This document shows positions 61,191 to 64,000 of a DNA stretch of 64,000 nucleotides, piece after piece. The stretch is from Psammoneis japonica (Eukaryota): positions 62,001-126,000 of the forward strand of contig QPGO01000185.1 of assembly GCA_008632985.1 (NCBI GenBank), read 5' to 3'. Position 1 is the first letter of the stretch. Each line of letters begins with the position of its first letter. Below the pieces are notes generated by a model. It was not told where the DNA came from. It searched no databases and saw only the letters and a program-made list of their open reading frames with translations. A program made the translations under genes and the position numbers.

Positions 61191-61628
61191 ATGACTTCGT
61201 ATCCATCTCAAGAAGCAATCGCAAAATATCAGCAAATGACTCAGGAATGTCAGCAGCTAATTTCGAAATTGACAGAGCTCGAGATGGATCGGAATGAACA
61301 CAAGTGAGTTGCTGTTGGCGTTGCCTTGATCACAGCGACACGTCTTCTTGACGACGATCAATGATAAGCTCTTACCATTCAACTATTTTTTCCTTTACAA
61401 TGTAGATTAGTGGAAGACGCTCTCGCGCCCTTGGATCCAAATAGAAGGGCTTTTCGTTTGGTTGGTGGACTGTTGGTGGAACGAACGGTAGCAGAAGTGT
61501 TGCCGTCGGTTGCGTCCAATCGAATAAACTTGGATAGTGTCATTGCGAATCTTCAGGAGCGTTTGGAAACAAAACAAAAAGAAGCAGAAAAGCATCGCAC
61601 AGATCATAATATACGAGTTGAGCGGTAA
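61191..61628 (+). CDS. PFDN2: Prefoldin subunit 2
   Basis: KLTELEMDRNEHKLV, RRAFRLVGGLLVERTVAEVLP. Intron 61304-61405. Confidence 0.93.
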
Positions 61629-61744
61629 AATGGGACAGTTGCGTGCATAATACATGGGATAGAACGAAGCGAATATCAACAACGGGTACTGCTTAATCAG
61701 ATGGTCTCATTTATTGAAAAACTCCACATTCAATACAATTGATT

Positions 61745-63283
61745 CTATATCCAAAGATTCTTATTCTGCAAAAGTAGTTCGTCTAGTTCTGAGCCTTCTA
61801 ATCCTCCCTGTATGAAGCCGTCACTACTTGTATCCTCTATCCGTCCGGATACAGACCAAAGTCGTTCCATGTCTTCCTCGTCTAGCTCAAATCGGAAGAC
61901 TTCACGAAGAGCCATTTGCCGCTTGTGAGGGCGCCCATCCGATCTTCCAAGGGTGCACGATGAAACTACACTTCCCATGTGGTCAAGCTGCATTGACCAT
62001 CTTGTTGCAACAGATGATAATGAAACCTCATGCTTGAATGCAATCTCTTCGAGTGTCTTTATCACCAACCGTTGATATCTCTGCCACGCTGTACCTTTTG
62101 CATCTTCATGATTGCTGGCCCATTTCCGTTGCGTTGACTGAAGGTGCGCTCGTTCAGATGGGGTCATTTCCCATGGCATGGGTGGTTCGCGTTCTTTGTT
62201 TAAATGACGTTCCGTCAGTAGTCCTCCACAGAGTGGACCAGACATCAAAAGCTTTCCTCCAAAGTCAGAGCAAATCTGTCTCATGTCGCGAGAGTATTCC
62301 GTTGGATCAAGTAGGTTGCACGCTATTTGGAGACTATCAAAGTGGAACCCACAGTCTTCCGCTGATCGAACAAGACCTACCGGCATTTGTGAACCAGAAA
62401 TTGAACGCACCAAGCCGTCTCGTTGAAGATCACTTAACATATCTAGAACGTCAAGGTGGTAATGAGAAGTGGGTAAATCTTGGGTATTCAGTCAACAATG
62501 AGCACGGGTGAGAAACTTTGTACAATGATCAAACAACGCATCCATAGGATCATTACGCTTACATTTCAGTTGCACACTGTCGGCGCAGTCAGACCCCATT
62601 CGATGCAAGGAACTGAGCAATGAGCGCCGAGCCGAAGAGACAGGGTCGATCGAGTCATTAGACGGCATTTGCAGTGGGACAACAAAATGACAATCACGCA
62701 ACACTGACGGCGGAGTTTCATGTCGAAGTCGACCATACACATTCGCTTCTCCCCATTCTTGCAGGAGCACTGAAGATTCCATCTCATCCTCGGTACTGAT
62801 CGCATCTGTCAATAGGTCAGATTTCAGCTGAAAGGTCGTCAAGCCAGAATCAATGAATTTTTGCATATCTTTCACGATACCATCTGGATCTAAAGTATAA
62901 GATTCAGTTTCAGAAAATGATAAGCCTTGCTTTGTTAGATCAACCGCCACGGTGGAGAGACATGTTCGAACAGGATGGTATTGAGGAAGACCGAGAAGGC
63001 GGTATGCGTTGGGAGGGAGAGGGCCATCCGCATCAAGGGAACGTACACTGGGCACTTTCTGATCCGCAGAATTGTCGACTTTTTCTGTAACAGTGAACCA
63101 AAAGTTGGACTCCGATTTCAGGTGCACGGAACCGTCGGGTGCCACCTTTGTTTCTTCCTGGCTCTCGTGCAATCGGGATCGAGAAACACTCTTAGTTCTT
63201 CCAGGCCATGATGGGGAGAAGCCATCCCCTAAAGTCACGAAGAACCCAATCCCAGTACCAACCAGACAAATGTTAACTTTCAT
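61745..63283 (-). CDS. Aldo-keto reductase-fold protein, probably plastid-targeted
   Basis: Signal peptide followed by GFSP, FIDSGLTTF, SLHRMGSDCADSVQL, LSDLQRDGLVRSI, NLLD, GPLCGGLL, IAFKHEVSLSSVATRW. Intron 62562-62479. Confidence 0.78.
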
Positions 63284-63840
63284 TGGTACAGTATCACCTT
63301 TAGCAATGGATAAGCTCTTCTTTAGAGTCGCCGCCGCTCATCTTGTTGTTGACGATACTCTAATACAAGCAGATGAAGTTTTAAATAGAAGATTAAGGGA
63401 GCCTATGTAGAGCGGAAGGGAACAGCAGAGGGAGGCACGGAGGTAGCTGTAGAGACGGTAGAGTAGAAGGGTCGAAGGACGCAAGACGAAGGGCGTTTTG
63501 AGGAAGTAAGTTTCAATTTTATTTTCGCTAACAGATCTGAAAGAGCACACGAGACCATGCCTGATTCACGCTTCGAACATTGCACGTCATTTTTGCGTCA
63601 CGCCAAAATTTTCGAAAAAGCAAAATTCCCTCCGACGACAGTGAAGAAAGGAAGAGCGTCGCCAATGGTAAAAGGCCGTATGAAATACTGTAGCCGCAAG
63701 GGACCCCCACACTACTAGTAAAACCCTACCATCGGTCACTTGCTCCTTTTGCACCAGATCTCGAATTCCTGGAGTCAGTCAGAAGCTCTGACGACGAAGC
63801 GTAGATCCATCCTCAATCCAGGGGGGCGACTTCCGACACG

Positions 63841-63973
63841 ATGAAAACTTCCGATGAGGGAGCTTGGGATAGTTGGCATGAGAATGATGGGAAATCTCAG
63901 TATGGTGGTCGTGATGTGAAAGGATACGCCAACGCTCCGCCTCATGTAAAATGGCCGGGTGGGGCGAAGGTTG
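63841..63973 (+). CDS. First exon of a PuuE-type allantoinase / polysaccharide deacetylase (truncated by window end)
   Basis: MKTSDEGAWDSWHENDGKSQYGGRDVKGYANAPPHVKWPGGAKV followed by a GTAGGT donor. The RD..GY...PP...WPGGA pattern is typical of the PuuE N-terminus. Confidence 0.7.
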
Positions 63974-64000
63974 GTAGGTAACTGTTGGTGTCTGGCAGCC

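Overview
Gene-dense eukaryotic DNA with short GT-AG introns, most likely from a (pennate) diatom. The evidence for that is bipartite signal+RGG presequences on SELMA-type E1 and PUB proteins, a diatom-type Ty1/copia and a diatom-type piggyBac. About 20 housekeeping genes are recognisable: an EXS protein, MCT-1, RFC5, a PPTase, CENP-C, RPA43, Fpg, a UBA1-type E1, PC4, NDUFA13, a SNAP-25-like SNARE, ALG8, a ZIP transporter, an sPUB-like protein, a 4xRRM protein, an SDR, a VPS9 protein, calreticulin, prefoldin 2, an AKR and a PuuE-like gene. They are interrupted by three sharply bounded blocks (~4.2-7.45 kb, ~37.1-50.9 kb, ~53.05-55.9 kb) that have lost almost all TpA, and mostly also CpG, in favour of TpG/CpA. 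Decayed copia, piggyBac and MYND sequences in these blocks show systematic Tyr->His/Cys changes (TAY->CAY/TGY) as well as CpG transitions. This points to a repeat-targeted, RIP-like hypermutation process acting on TpA (A:T->G:C), not only on methyl-CpG, and is the main candidate novel system. Several genes at 19.7-25 kb carry 1-bp deletions that look like assembly errors. All identifications come from motif recognition and by-eye counts, with no database searches.
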